Shown piece after piece: positions 44,601 to 62,600 of a DNA stretch of 64,000 bases. Below the pieces are notes generated by a model. That model saw only the letters and a list, made by a program, of their open reading frames with translations, was not told the origin of the DNA and made no database searches. A program made the translations under genes and the position numbers. Each line of letters opens with the position of its first letter. The stretch's first letter is position 1. The stretch is from the human T2T-CHM13v2.0 reference genome, Homo sapiens: NCBI RefSeq assembly GCF_009914755.1, contig NC_060939.1, one strand, 5' to 3'.

Positions 44601-44786
44601 CCTTGTACATCAAGGTTTCTTTCATGGCAGATGTCATGTCATTTTTTTCTCCATGTATCAGAACGACAACTCATTCCTTGCATGACAATGGAGTGGAAAT
44701 GCAGGGAGACCTCAATGACATTTTATTCAGCTGACAAGGAAGAGACAAACTGCCTTGTCCCAGGAGTCTGTGAAAACTAGAAACAC

Positions 44787-45102
44787 GGCCAGGCACGGTG
44801 GCTCACGCCTGTAATCCCAGCACTTTGGGAGGCCGAGGCGGGCAGATCATGAGATCAGGAGATTGAGACCATCCTGGCTAACACGGTGAAACCTCGTCTC
44901 TACTAAAAATACAAAAAAATTAGCCGGGCATGGTGGCGGGCGCCTGTATTCCCAGCTACTTGGGAGGCTGAGGCAGGAGAATGGCCTGAACCTGGGAGGC
45001 GGGGTCTTGCAGTGAGCTGAGATCGCGCCACTGCGCTCTAGCCTGGGCGACAGAGTGAGACTCCAACTAAACAAAACAAAACAAAACAACAAAAAAAAAA
45101 AA
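44787..45102 (+). mobile_element. AluY
   Basis: Y diagnostics. TSD gaaaactagaaacac. Confidence 0.94.
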
Positions 45103-45479
45103 GAAAACTAGAAACACCTCATACTGGGAACTATAAAGCTTTGCCACTGCCACTGCTTTGTAAAACAAGAACTTTTCCCTGCCTAAGGTATCTATTTCAT
45201 AGGTAGAATTCATAACACACTAAAACCTTTGACTTGGCCTGCTTGGTATAGAAAACTTATGCATCACAAAATATTCTGCTCAGAGTATAAGCACATAGGT
45301 AATGCATGAATTTGTGGTTTATCAATTTTCAAAGAACCTTTTACAAAGACACTGAATATATATGAGAGTAAACATGTTGTGATTTTTGGTAGTTCAGACA
45401 GTAATCAGTTTCTCGCTGGGCCTCAGCTTGTTCTGAGCATTCAGGTCCACAGTCCTGAAGCTAAGCTAGTGTCCCGGGT

Positions 45480-45750
45480 AGCAGCCTGGTGTATGTATCA
45501 CTGCATATGGCGGTGAGAGCCAGGGCTCCAAAGCCAGACTGCCGGCCTGGGATTCTGGCTCCACCTTTACAATCTGCATGACCTTGGGGAGTTACTAAAT
45601 TTCACTGTGCCTCAGTATCCTCACCTGTAAAATGAGAATAAATGATACGTGTACCTCACCGGGTTCTTGTAAGGGTAAGATTAGTTTCACAAATGTGCTG
45701 CCGGTAACGCTTAGCACACAGCAAGGCTCAATCAACATTAGCTATGACTA
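45480..45750 (+). mobile_element. MIR
   Basis: tgtgcctcagtatcctcacctgtaaaatgag core. Confidence 0.8.
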
Positions 45751-45919
45751 TCATACACGATTAATCATCTGAGTGTCTGATCGGATTGAAAACACAGGCT
45801 CCTGCAGACAAATTCAGCAGAGGACTTTCAGGCCTCATGCATGAATGCTTAAGGAAAAGAGCCCTAAAGATTATGAGACGCCCATCCAAGAACATCCAAG
45901 AATGCGTTTTGCAGTCTGA

Positions 45920-46295
<376 letters not shown>

Positions 46296-48407
46296 TCATT
46301 GCTCTACTTTCTGGGTCTTGATCGTCCTCTCTCATGACTACTTCTTTTACTCCCATCAAGGTAAAGTGTGAGTGAAAGTAGTTTGATTAAAGCCCAGGCA
46401 GATTAAGGACGAAGCTAAAAAGAATGAAGAGACACTGGTAGGAAATACTGGCTGACATGCAGAAGTAATTTCAACGATCTTATTAGCCTTTCGCCTCTTG
46501 AGTACTTGGTTAATGTTCATAACCAGAAGTAATGTCTCTAATCTGCATTTAACTGATATTCTAACTCTTCCTTAAAGATACAGACCTCTTTTCCTCAGGC
46601 TTCATAGGCTAGACAATTCTCCTTAAATGTCCTGAGAGCCGTGGCACATAGGGGATGAGTGGTGGGGGGGCACACTCATTTGCCTGGAGTGTGGGAGGAG
46701 CCCCCACCTTTCCTGATTAATGCAGCTGGTAGTTCTCAGTGTGTGCAGCTGGGTGGGCCTCCAGAACAGTCAGTTTGGGGGCCATGAGGGGCAGGCTCTC
46801 CTGGATGGTGACAATAATTTTAAGAGAGGGGAGGTCAGTAGTTGGAAGTGGGAAGAGGCCAGAGGAGAGAAGAGGGTGGAAGAGCAGAGAAGCATCCCTC
46901 CTCAGCTCACCAGACAAAGGATAAAATGGAGGAAGTCACAGGACCCTTTGCCAGAGAAGCCCCCAGGAAGTGTGGCACATGCAGGGCAGGAGCCACGGGC
47001 CCCACTTCATGCTGAGGTCCTTGCCAAGCCCATGGCCCGCAGACCCTGTTGGACGGGGCAGCACCGTGCACCTGAAGGCTGAGGCCGGGCCCCAGGAGGG
47101 GTTAGATCTCTTTCCCTCCTTCCCTCCAGGTCGCCAGGCTTTGCTAATTTCATCTTCCAAATATTTACCAAGTTAATGCCCTTCTCCTCCTACTCTGATG
47201 TGCCTCTGCAGTTTTGGTCCCATTATCTCTGCCCAGGTTGGTGTCTGTGCCCTCTCTGGGCCTGGCTCTCAGTCCTGTCCCCTGCTGCTGCTGGATGATC
47301 TATTTCTGTAATGCATCTGGCCACTGCCCTCTCTTCCCTGCTACCCCAAACACCCCAATTCAGTGTCTCCACGTTGCCTGCAGCTCTGATACTGCAGGGC
47401 CCAGGACTTTCAAGAGGTAGAGCCAAGGGTGGGAGAAGGAAGAGTTGGAGGGACGCCCAGCTCTCCACCTGGGAGCTGAGCAGCTAGGGGTGGTGGTGAT
47501 AACATCGACAAGGTTGGAAAGAGAAGCAGAAGCTGAGCCAATGGATTCCCTCTGGGAGCGGCTGGGGGAGGATGGCAGGGAGTGATCCGAGGGGTCCCGC
47601 TCTCGTGTATGGGACTCTGTCATGTGAGTACACATGTGATGGCTGGCAAAAAAGCAACTGTATGGCAGGATCCTCATCCACGGGAAGGACAGGGCTTCTA
47701 TTTTAAAATACACTGAACAGCAAGACTGCACATGCTTTCTGGAATAGAACATAAATGCATCTATGAATCAAAGTCAGAAAATATATTGGTGGTTGTTTTC
47801 TTGCTTTATTTTGCGCTCTCACAGGTGTGACTATCAGTTTTCAGGAATATATTCTTTGCTCAATATGTATCTTCTTCCTGCCCTCCTTGCTTCCTTTCCT
47901 TCCTCCAGTGCACACAGATCGAGCCCACAACGCAGCAAGCACAGAGATGAAAAGAGGAAGATAGACGCGGGGTCTGCACCCACGAAACTCAGTCTAGAGG
48001 GACACAGGGGTGCCCTGGCCAGCATCTGGACTCGTGAGGCTGATGCATCAAGCCACGGCAGAGCTGCCTGGGAAAGGTGCATAGGGAGCACTCTCAGGGG
48101 CCAGAGGAAGGGACATCCAGGCGGCACCGGGCAGTGAGGCAAGTCAAGGGTGGCGGAGGTTGGTGGGGACAGTGTTACTGGGAGAGGGAAGGCTGAGTGC
48201 AGAGGTGGAGGGTAGGGATGGGCAGGGGCAGAAAGCACTGTGAAGGGAGCTTAGTGGAAGAGGGTGGGCGAGGGGAGGCAGGGCGGGAGGGATACAGGGA
48301 GAAGGGTGGATGTGCTGCAGGGACACCCGGGTGGTGACAAAATTAAAGTGCCTAAAAATACTCAAGGAGAAATGAACTTTGTTAACACAGTTTCTTTAAG
48401 AATGTAA

Positions 48408-48729
<322 letters not shown>

Positions 48730-48769
48730 TCAATGAATTAGAGAAGACAGAACTAAAGAATATTTATAT

Positions 48770-49186
48770 CCTGCCCAAGTGTTCACAATGCATCTCTCCG
48801 TTTTCACAATGCACCTTTCTTACCTTCTCTCTGTTTTTTGTTTTTTGTCTGGACTAATTGCTAGTCAGACTGTTCTCCTCTCTGCAGTCCCCTGAATTCT
48901 GCTTGTCCCTGGGGCCTGGGCGAGCGCTAGAAAGGAGAATGGGCCAGTAATCAGCTCGTCCCACAGTGAGACACATATCCTGGTCATCTTCCTTTGCTCA
49001 CCCAACTTCCCCTTAAGTTTCTGCTAAGATTTGCTGACCTCCCTGCCCTATAAAAGAAAAGCCCTTTTCTGATTGATTTTGAGATGTTTACAGTTCTTGA
49101 GTTCCAAGGATTCTCCCCTGTTAGTTGCAAGAGTCTTTTTGAATAAATCTTCTCCTTATCTAAGACAAGATTAGTTTTGCTTGACA
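48770..49186 (+). mobile_element. ERV1 solo LTR remnant (MER34-like)
   Basis: TATA (ctataaaagaaaagcc) and 3' end ttgcaagagtctttttgaataaa...ttgaca. Confidence 0.6.
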
Positions 49187-49904
49187 ATGCAAATGACCAG
49201 AGGGACACAGAGAACTAAGAACATTTTTTAAAAGGGAAAGGTCTTGTTGAAATTAAATCTATACTTAATCAGTATCAGATCATCTTGTATTTGAGACTTC
49301 CTATCTTGTGTCTTGAGAAGGGCAAGAAGCAGTCTGGTGATACTGAGCTATAAACTAGAAAGGTTTTGCTATCATCTTTGCAGAACTGAACTATTTATGT
49401 GGCCTACAGGCAGGTTTTCTGCAGGATGTTGTATTTGTTATATGTTTATGGGAACCATTCTTCTCTCGAAATAACAGGCTAAATTTGCCATTAGGACATT
49501 GAATTTACCCACAAACTTTGTAATAAATACTCTTCAGGCTAGGATGGTAATGGCTTTACTTTGGTCTAACCAGTCTCTAAGTAAATAGTATGAATATTCT
49601 TGCTGGTTTGGAACTGCTCTCCGCTCAATTTCATTTTCCTCCTGGACAGTGCAAGAACACTAAATGTGGTGAGTATAGGAGCCATGTGCAAATGCACAAT
49701 GCAAATTCCTTTTTTTCTGCAAGAGAAGAGGATGAATATGATAGATATTTAGGAAGACTTAGTGAATAATGGCACTTGGGAGCAAAGGAGAGGAAAGAGC
49801 CATTCCATGGTCTGAGCAATGGGAAGCCATTCTCTGAGTGGGATGGCTGAAGGGGCATGGAATTGCCAGGAGCTAAAGGGATACTGAGGATGAGCTTAGT
49901 TTGA

Positions 49905-50264
<360 letters not shown>

Positions 50265-50763
50265 AGGGCTGGAGTCTTAAACTTGGGAGTGGCCAGTGCA
50301 GAGATGGGACTGATGCTATGGAAGCAGATGAATTTGCCCAAGGATGGTGTGCTCAATACAGAGAGAAGGGAGTTTGGATAAGGACCCAGAATCAGGAGCA
50401 GGAAGAAGAGTCTACAGAGACGATCATGATGAGAATGACCAGAGAGAAAGACGGAAACCAAGAACAGGAGGACACATGGACAAACCCACCATAGGAGTGG
50501 AGGAACACATTTGTCTCAATGTGTCCAGCAGACAACTAGTTAGTAAGGACATAGAAGAGCTGAACGTGCCAGATCTAATGGACATGTACCATATATACAT
50601 TTACCTGTCCTCAAAAAGATATGTATGACTTACTACAAAAATTCACCACAAAGTCGTGCACAAAGCAAAATCTCAACTAACACCAAAGACTTGTTATTAG
50701 ACACATTGTAATCAGGTTACCTGACTACAGTACAATTAAATTTGCTATAAATAATAAAAAGTA

Positions 50764-51162
<399 letters not shown>

Positions 51163-52493
51163 TCATAAGGAAAATTAAAGAAGTCTCAGAACTGAATAAA
51201 AAAGTTACTAGACATCAAAACTTAGCGTATGCAGTTTGCCTGCTTATATGAGGAAGAAAGACTGAATTTAGTAACAGCATACATCGAGAGAAGTGAGAAA
51301 AAGAAAAAGGAATTTGGAAGGAAGGAAAAAATGGAGAAGAGAGCAGAAACTAATGAAATAAGAAACAAAGCAATGACAAGATCAATAAATATTAAGCTGG
51401 TTCTTTGAAAAAAAACTGACAAAAATAGGCAAGTCTCTGGCAGAGGCTGATTAACAAAGAAAGAAAAGGAATAAATTAAAATATTAAAAATTAAAAAAGA
51501 CATAACTAGGCATAGCATATACATGAATTTGAAAACCTAAACAAAATGGACAATTTATTCCAGAAAAGCAAAACATTCTAACATAGTCTCAAGAAGAAGG
51601 AGGAAATCCAAGTAACCTATAATCCACTGAATCAGTACTTAACTATCTACTGACTGCAAAAGAAATTACCAAGCCCTGGTGATTTTGTAACTTTTACCAA
51701 ACATTCAATTCAAGAAATAGGTAAGTTTAATCTTCTGCAAACTTTGTTTTCAGAGGGAAAAAGAGGGGAACACCTCCCAGCTCATCTTTCTAGGCTAGTG
51801 TAAACTAAAAAATAAAATAAAATTAGGCAATTGCAGTATGAACAAGGGAAAGCTTGATTCATATAATTTATGAATAATGATGAAAAATCTTTAATAAAAG
51901 AAAAGCAAAGTAGATTTTCATAATTATATGAAAATATTGTGCCTAAGTTTTATCCCAGAAATGCAAGAACGGTTCCACATTAGAAATCCATTCTACATGA
52001 ATATATATTCATGTAGTTTCATGTATATTCACTATATTAACAGAATACAGTTATATGTGTATGAATGTGTATATACATATATACACACACATATACACAT
52101 ACAAATACACACATGCATATATACTTATCTCAATAGATGCAGCATTTGCTAAAATTTAAAACTCATGGCAAACTCTTAGCAGACTGGTAACAAAATGGGA
52201 TTCCCTTCATCTGGCAAATAATATTTAGTATTAGAAATTTTCAGCAAACATTATTCTTAATTATTAAACTCTTTCCTTTAAAATCGGGAACAAGACAAGG
52301 ATGGCTACTGGCTCAACTTCCATTCCATTGTGTTGAAAGTCCTAACCAGTGCAGGAAGATGGGAAAAATTAAGAATCAATGTGAAGACTGGAAAAGAAGA
52401 AACAAAACTGTCGTTATTCCCAGATGATGGAACCCTCTAAATAAAAAGTCCTAAACAATCTACAGGCAAACTGTTAGAGAATAAAAAATTTAA

Positions 52494-52803
<310 letters not shown>

Positions 52804-54368
52804 AAACTAAAAAAATTTTAAACTCCCTACTTTTCCAATAAGGACAAAATGATATGACACCTAGGAATATATATTTAACGTAAGTTGATCGAGACTGTAT
52901 ATTAAAAATGGTAACATTTTTATTGAAAAACAGAAGGCTAAATGAAAAGCTGTACCAAAAATGATAATTCTCCCCAGATTAACCTAAAAATACAATACAG
53001 TTACAATGATGGTGTGTGTGTATATATGAGAAAGAAAGAGAGAGAGAGAGAGAAGGGAGAGAGAAGAGAGCTCTCTCTCCATCTCTCTTGGAGGAATGAG
53101 AATGGCCAAGACAGTTCTAAAGAGGGGAAGAGTGGGGATTTACCCTATTAACTACAAGACAAATACAGAACCAGTATTTCCCGTAATGTGGTAACAAGAG
53201 AGACAAGCCATAGACCAATAAAAAAAAAGAGCCCTCAGAAATAGACATCTTCAAATATAGAAACAGATTGGTGCTGTAATAATTGATGACTATCCATACA
53301 CAAAAATAAATACAACTAGATCCGTATCTCACAACACACAAAATTAAACCCCAGGGGGATTACTGAGCTCAGTGTGAGAGGCAAAGTTTTAAAACTTCCA
53401 TGAAAATACAGAAAATTTTTATCACTTGGGGATGGAAAAATAGTTCTTAAAATGCAACACTAAAAGGACACATCATCCAGGAAATGAATTTGCCTGCATT
53501 AAAACTGAAAACTTCTCTATCACAAATGATGCCCAAAACAACTTTGAGTGATGAGTCACTGATCGTGAGAAGACTTTTATGACAAAGGGAAATCGTTTAG
53601 AGTAAAGAGCAAATAACTCAGCAGGAAAAGAGAAAAAACCAGGGAGTTAGCAGATCAAAACAAATAGCCATCAGTCACACAGAAAGCCTGAGGACATCGA
53701 GAAGCAAGGCTGCCTTTTCCACTGGCCAGGAGAGCGGGGATCCCTGCCATCGCTGTGGAGTGCGGTGACTAAAGTCCTGCAGATGCACTTCCCCTGTGAG
53801 CCAGCAAGTCTGCAGGCTGGAGAAAATGCAGCAGGTGCACACACGCTGCCGAGTGCACATCACTCCGCATTCTAGCACTGTTAGAATAATGAGAAACTGG
53901 GAACAACCCAGTGTCCATGAACAGGAGATGGAGAAGCAACCTGTGGAATACTCGCTCAATGCAAGACCATGCAGAAGCCCCACGAAGATGACTAAGGCAA
54001 CCCTTATCTACATGGATCAGTATCACAAACCTGATGGGGGTGAGAATAGAAACTGGCTTACGGTACCAAATGCGTCAACTTTGATGTAAAGTTTCAGTGA
54101 AGCAGACAACTCTGCAGGGGAATGAAAAATTCCCTGATGCCTCAGGATAGTGGCTGCTTCTGGACAATCTCTAATTTCAGACAGAGGGAGGGACAGAGAG
54201 CCGTGGCAGTGGAGGGGACTCAGATGGGTCTGCAACAATGTATGATAATATATTTCTTATTTAAAGAAAAAGAATAGAAGCAAATATTGTAAACATAGTA
54301 AGATTGAATAAATCTGGAAGGTATTATATTATTCTCATACTTTTCTGCACGTTGAACTAGCTAGTAAC

Positions 54369-54664
54369 TTTTTTTTTTGAGACAGAGTCTTGTTCTGTTG
54401 CCCAGGCTGGAGTGCAGTGGCATCATCTTGGCTTACTGCATGCAGCCTCAACCTCTCAGGCTCAAGTGATTCTCCTGCCTCAGCCTCCTGAGTAGCTGGA
54501 ACTACAGCCACGCACCACCACATCCAGCTAATTTTTGTATTTTTAGTAGACACGGGGTTTTGCCATATTGGCCAGGCTCGTCTGAAACTCCTGAGCTCAA
54601 GCGATCCGCCGGCCTCGGCCTCCCAAAGTGCTGGGATTACAGGTGTGGGCCACTGCACCCAGCC
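54369..54664 (-). mobile_element. Alu (J/S-like) with a private tgca duplication
   Basis: Antisense Alu containing gcttactgcatgcagcctc. Confidence 0.9.
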
Positions 54665-55196
54665 ACTGACAACTTTTTTAAGGGTGCAGTGCTCAACTTT
54701 CAGATGTGCCAGGAGATGCACAGAACAAGGACCTGCTGAGGGCACCGCTGGTCATTTGCACGGAAATGACCCATTGGCTGTCCCCTGCTCTGCTGCGATT
54801 CTTCAGGCACCACCTAGTCTCCGTCTCCTACTAAGCGGATCAGGTTGGAAGTGGAGGAAGCAATGGATCTGGCATTAAAGATGGAAATCTGGATCTACCA
54901 CCAGTTGAGTCTGCAGCTCAGCCCCTGCACATCCTGGGGCCTCCATTTTCCCATCTCCTCATGGAAATCATGAAGTCCGCCTCATGGACTTCACTGCGGT
55001 TGGGGTGGTGGTGGAGAAGACAGCTCATGGGATTTGAAAGGGCTGCATAAACCAGTTCCCAAAGGATGCCTATGCAGCGAAACCAGCCCGGGACCAGCGC
55101 AAAATAATACTAGTAGGTTTTATGTCTCCCATGGATGCTCTGCTCCTTTGTCCAGTGCCCTGTCCTGTGGCCCCTCTCACTTTGGGGACCATGGGA

Positions 55197-55577
55197 CATG
55201 GAGCCTACCTGGAGATCAGAGGTTATTTTTAAAGCATTTGGTTATTTCAGGGCTCTAAATGAGTATCAGAATGAGAGAGAGGAGAAGGCAGTATTGAACG
55301 GTATGAGACCATGGGTGTGGTGGTGTGTGGCCGTAGTTCCAGCTACTCAGGAGGCTGAGGCAGGAGAATCACTTGAGCCTGAGAGGTTGAGGCTGCATGC
55401 AGTAAGCCAAGATGATGCCACTGCACTCCAGCCTGGGCAACAGAACAAGACTCTGTCTCAAAAAAAAAAAAAAAGTTATTAGCTAGTTCAACATACAGAA
55501 AATATGAGAATAATATAATACCTTCCAGATATTGTCCCAGCATGTTGGCCAGGCTGGTCTTGAACTCCCGACCTCAG
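55197..55577. repeat. Composite templated insertion: inverted copy of 56254-56365, inverted copy of 54312-54525, and a short Alu fragment
   Basis: Direct reverse-complement matches, ~95-97% identity by eye, including non-Alu unique sequence. Confidence 0.93.
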
Positions 55578-55809
55578 AATATCAAATTGCTCAGAACAAT
55601 TGTGCTCCACTCCCCTGTGATTATAGGATTCCCTGCTCAGCTTCCTGGAACCAGTGCCTATCGGTTTCGGAATCACACCCAATGCCCTCCATGCATCTCT
55701 GAATTCATGCATTATTCCAGTCCTATCTTTCCTGCCTTTGCTTTTGTCCTTTGTTCTTCCCCTGCTCACTTACCTGTCATGAAAACTTCCAACAGCTTCA
55801 CTGAGGTAA

Positions 55810-56234
<425 letters not shown>

Positions 56235-57577
56235 GTCTCTTTATTCTAGAACATCTCATATGGTTCAATATTGCCTTCTCCTCTCTCTCATTCTGATACT
56301 CATTTAGAGCCCTGAAGTTACCAAATGCTTTAAAAATAACCTCTGATCTCCAGGTAGGCTCCATGCTGTCCTCTCCCGTTTGTTTACTCATCCATCTGCA
56401 GCACTTTCTCCAGTCTGGTGTTTGGCCCCCGAATGGGGCGGTGGAGCTCCTCCCGTACTTTCTGTTTGGACACTAGAGTGACTGGGGTACTTTAGAGTGT
56501 GAAAATGGGTCTACTAATATCTATGCTGGACCATCTTCGACCATGTGGTGTGTGCTAACCCTAAACAGAACCCTCTCCTGAGATCCTGACACCCAGCCTG
56601 TGCTGGCATGGCAGAGACCACACAGCTGGAAGGAAGGAGGGACTGTCTCTCTGTAGTTCCTTTTATCTGAATGTGCTCCGAACTGTGGGTCCCTGCATTG
56701 GGGGAAGGAGGGAGTCTGTATGGCATAGCCATCTGGGTCCCAGAGTCTCCCAAGAAGCTGCCCTAAATCCTGCCACATCACAGCTGCCAAAAAACTCCAA
56801 AGGCAGCACCTCCCTTAGTGGTGGCTCCAGAATTTCAACTCTGGGACTGCAATCTGGAAGGAGGCTGTGTGTGCAGGGGAAGGAGTGGTATCTTAAAGCT
56901 GTGTTTGCACAGCACATTGCATTAGACCTTAAAAATGTCCACCATCCATTTCAAACAGTGGGAGCACTACTTATAAAAATTATAAAGGCCTTTAGAACCC
57001 ACCCTCCCCATAAATTACCACCGGCACCATAGGTGATTCCACATCTGACCCATCAAACACCTATCAGTCCTTGTTCTTCAAAATGAGGGCATATTTGAGA
57101 CCTAGTATGGCTTCCAGTAACCTCCCAGAAGGCCTCATAAAGCTGAGTTGAAAGTTGTTCTTTCTCTTTCTTTGTTCTGGTCTTATATGCAATATGTCTG
57201 GCAGAAAATTCTAGAACATTCTAGAAAAATGCAAGTGATGCATTGGCCATTAAGGAAGGGTACAGGTCTTCAGCCATTTTTGTGTAGGTTTTCTGTCATT
57301 TCAGCTAGGATTAGAGGTGAGGTATGTGTATACATGGCCAACCATCTGTGTTCCCATTACCACATACCTAGAGCTGTGTTTGGTATCATTCAGCAATAGA
57401 ATCCCAGATTTTTTTCATATATTCCCACTTCCTCAGCTTCTTAGATGCTACCGTTCTTTTCCTATAGCTAACCTACCCGTATATCACCCATACACACTGA
57501 AAACTGCATCCGTCATCCTACTCAACAAAATAATGGCTCTCTTTCAGGACAGAGGGAAGGATTGAAAAAATTTCTAA

Positions 57578-57955
<378 letters not shown>

Positions 57956-58477
57956 AACTGTCTGTTTTTCTTGTCTGTTTCCCCCAGTAGACTTGGAGGG
58001 CAGAGTCAGTGTCTCTTATCTCTGTACATCCAGTGGCCAACCCAGACACAGAAGAGGTGCTCAAAAATTTTCTCTGAATGAATAAATTAAAAACTCTTAT
58101 TGATTTCAAAAACAGTTACTGGGTATAATTTGTGCCACGCCCCTCGCTGTAAGCCAGAAAAAGACAGGAGAAATGCCGGGCAGTGAGGAGGCCAGGTCAG
58201 GCTGGTGACCACAGACATATAAGCTGCTCACCCACAGGCTGTGCGGTATGCTCCACTGGTCTTGTTGCTCAGGATGCAAACAAAGAGATAGCAGATATTT
58301 GGGCTCATCCAGGGATGCCTGCTAGCCAGGGAGGCACCACAGAAAAGCAGTATGAGAAGGAGCTCTCACATACTGGTCCAGGGATGGCTGAACAGGTGGA
58401 CATGGCTCATGCATAGAGAGAGGGGCGGTATCGCACAGTGGAGTCTGGCTGAAGCTGGACAGCACTCACCATGGGGC

Positions 58478-59775
58478 TGTGTGAAATATTAATAATAAGA
58501 TATGTATTATGTGTCTTTGGTCTCTGCTCCTCAGTCCCTGCTAAAGAGCTGCTAAAATCCTTGTCACTTCCTGAGTGACAGGGGCACTAGGTAATCTTTT
58601 TGTTGTTGTTTATAGTTAGTTTTTCTTTCTTTTTTTAATTATACTTTAAGTTTTGGGATACATGTGCAGAACATGCAGGTTTGTTACATGTGTATACATG
58701 TGCCATGGTGGTTTGCTGCACCCATCAACACATCATCTAGGTTTTAAGCCCTGCATGCATTAGGTATTTGTCCTAATGCTCTCCCTCCCCTTGCCCCCAC
58801 CCCCTGACAGGTCCTGGTGTGTGATGTTCCCCTCTGTGTCCATGTGTTCTCACTGTTCAACTCCCACTTATGAGTAAGAACATATGGTGTTGGGTTTTCT
58901 GTTCCTGTGTTAGTTTTCTGAGAATGATGGTTTCCAGCTTCATCCATGTCCCTGCAAAGGACATGAACTCATTCTTTTTTTATGGCTGCATAGTAGAGAA
59001 TCTTCTGTTTTAGTATTTGGTGTTTGACCCCAGCTCCTAAATCCTTTGGAATTTCCTGGGTGATAGGAGTGTCTTTTGTTCTAATGAAGCGACTCTTGAT
59101 GGAATTCTAGATGGGTGCTGGGTCACCAGAATGACCAAGCCATGATGACGAGCTTGGGGCTTTCAGCCCCACTCCCCATTCTCCAGAGAAGGGACAGAGG
59201 CTGGAAACGGAGTTAAAAATCGATCCTGCCTACATGATGCAGCTTAAATAAAAGTCCCTGAACGGAGGGGTTCAGAGAGCTTCTGCGTCAGCGAACACAT
59301 CCCCATGCCAGGAGGGTGGCGTACCCTCGCTCCTCGGGGACAGGGGCTCTTGTGCTCAGGACTCCCCCAACCTCGCCACATGCATCTCTCCACCTGGCTG
59401 TGCACCTGCATCCTGCCTCATATCCTTTATAATCAACAAGGGCATGGAAGTAAAGCCTTTCCGTGGGTTCTGTGAGCCACTCTAGCAATTCAATCAAACC
59501 CAAGTAGGGGGTTGTGGAAGCCCCAGTTTATACCCCATTGGCCAGAAGTACAGGTCACAACCTGGGGCTTGTGACTGGCATGAGAAGTGAGTGTGGTCTT
59601 GTGGGGCTGAGCCCTTAACATGTGGGATCCAACGCTGTCTCCAGGTAAAGAGTGTCAGAATTGAGTTGAACTGAGCACACCCAGCTGGTGTCTGCTGGAG
59701 AATGGTTTGGTGTATGGGGGAAATGAATACATCTGGTGTCAGAAGTCTCGTGCTGAGTGGTGTGTGAGAGTAGAG
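58478..59775 (+). mobile_element. MER21-like LTR, interrupted by an L1PA 3' end
   Basis: tgtgaaatatt..aataagat..; gctcctaaatcctttggaatttcctgggtgatagg; gtgagttctgtgagcc-like motif; gtgtgagagtagag. Confidence 0.75.
58596..58995 (-). mobile_element. 5'-truncated L1PA 3'UTR
   Basis: ttatactttaagttttgggatacatgtgcagaac...ggctgcatagta. Flanked by aatctt(t/c)t-like repeats. Confidence 0.9.
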
Positions 59776-62019
59776 CACTGGAGGCTGGAAATTGTCTTGC
59801 TTTTTTTTTTTTTTTAACTTTCTTAGAGACAAAGATAAGAAAGCACATAAACTCAATAACTGATTGATTTCTTGGGAAACTTTTATCTCCTTGTCCATTG
59901 ATAAGGTTTCTCTGGGTAATTTGGTTTATTGTGGCTCAGTAAATTAAACCAGGTACATGAAAGAAGAATAAGATCTTTAACTTTGATTTGAATTAGGTCA
60001 CTATAATAAAAGCATAAGGACATTGTTGAATACAGCAAAGCACTAAAGGTGGCTAGATGCAGTGTCAACATGTTACGAAGCATATTTCACCAGTTAACAG
60101 TTCTGATTTTTGTAACTTAAAAAAAAATACTGTGAATACTGGTCCAAAAATATGTCACAGTCTTGCGCTGGGTTTGACTTGGCAAAAATGGCCATCAATC
60201 TACCTAAACATCTTTTTATTGTTTAAGCATTTATTATGTCATTTTTTGTTACAAAAGCCGAGACACTGTTTCATCAGGAACGGGGGTCTGTAGCCTTGCT
60301 TTTTCAGTAGCACTTGTCCATCACTGTCAAAGGCTTTGAGAAGGCAGATACTGAAATCCTAATTTTTAGACCCTATTTCCTGACTATTCATAATGAGATG
60401 CCCAGAGGCAGGCCCTGTCATCGGGAAGCAGGGACATGGGTCCTGGAGGGCTGAGACACTCAGATGGTCCCTGCCCTCCACCAGGACCTGCTCAGGAACC
60501 CAGGAGGAGCCACCTGCCCTCTCTCTGGGCTGCAGCCTTCACACCTGCACCATCGGTCAATGGACCCCAGGATGCACCCTCCCTCTGGCTCTACAATTCT
60601 GTGAATCCCTGTGTGGTGTGGTGGAGTTCCAGGTCCCCTCTGTGCCCTCTGCCCTGCTCCTCGCTCAGCCCCATAAGGAGGTAAGAAACCATCAATATCC
60701 TCAAGAGAGAGGCTTGTTGGCCCCCAGGGGTTCTCTGCTAAAAAAAAAAAACAGAGAATCTAGGAGCAGGGCCAGTCAGGAAGGGCAGAACAGAGATCCA
60801 GGGGTTTCGGGGCCTCCAAACCAACAAAAGACAATCCGAGGGATGAGTGAAGCAACATCTGCATGCTCTTCTGGATTCCAAATTTATTCCTCCTCGGCCA
60901 TGAAGAAAGTTGGTTTCTGCTTTTTTCCCTGAGGATGGGCTGTGCCTGTACAGCCTTCCAGGTATGGGAGGGGAGGAAGGAGGGGAGGGTGCCTGACAGG
61001 AAGCAAGTAGTTGGACAAATCTCATTAAGTCAGTATCAGTTAATTCAAACACAACTAAAATCAAAGTGCTTTGATTCCCAAGCCAATTATATAGGATTTC
61101 CCCCACATAAATTGAGTTCATTACATAGTAAGTATAGATAATCCATAATTTAATATGGAAAATTCAGACATGGAGTGTTACTAATCAGATAAACAGAGCC
61201 TCAAATTAGACTATGGAAAAGATCAATGGACCTGCTCTAATTGCCAACCAAAAAGAAGCAAGCAAAAGGGAAATTAATCAAAGGAACATTCTCCTTTGCT
61301 CCTTCTTTAGCTAAGCGTCAAGAACATTTTGCAGGTGATAGGAAGGGGCTGTCCTGGATATCCGTGCAAAAGAGTAGAGCAGCCTCTTCCCAGAGTGGCT
61401 CCATTTCCAATGGCCCATATTTGTTCTGCTGCCCAAGAGTTTTAATAAAGCAACACCGGATCCCTGCAGAAGATCCTTTCACTGCAGTCAAAGTCATCAG
61501 GCACAGCTTGGCTTGGATGACTTTTCAAGAGTAAGGATTATATTAAAAATGACTGCACCACTAATTATGAGAAAACTAGATAATGTGGCACATGACTCTC
61601 AGAGGAAGAAGTATCTATAATTATGGGAAGGAAGTACAAAATCTTAATTATGCTAACTATTTAAATAGAGCATAAGGCTTGAGATAGAATTTAAGGGTTA
61701 GGAATCTGCCTTAGTGCTTTGAAGTATCCATATACTTCAGAAAAGGGATCTGAAAAAGATATAAAATACACTGAAAACTCCACTGTAATTAACTAGCTAG
61801 AGACATCCATGGGTGCAAACCGTAACCAAGGAGAGAAGGCTGCTGCAATCTCAGGGATAAAAACGAAGACACAAGGGCTCATGGAAAAAAAAGACAAAGA
61901 CAGAAGGAGCCGAGGAGGGAGTTGCCAAGACTCAAGATCACATCGCAAGCAGAGGAAAAAGGTAATGCCTGCTGCAGAAAACAGCCAGGAAGAGAAGCTT
62001 TACAAAAACCGAACAGGGA

Positions 62020-62600
<581 letters not shown>
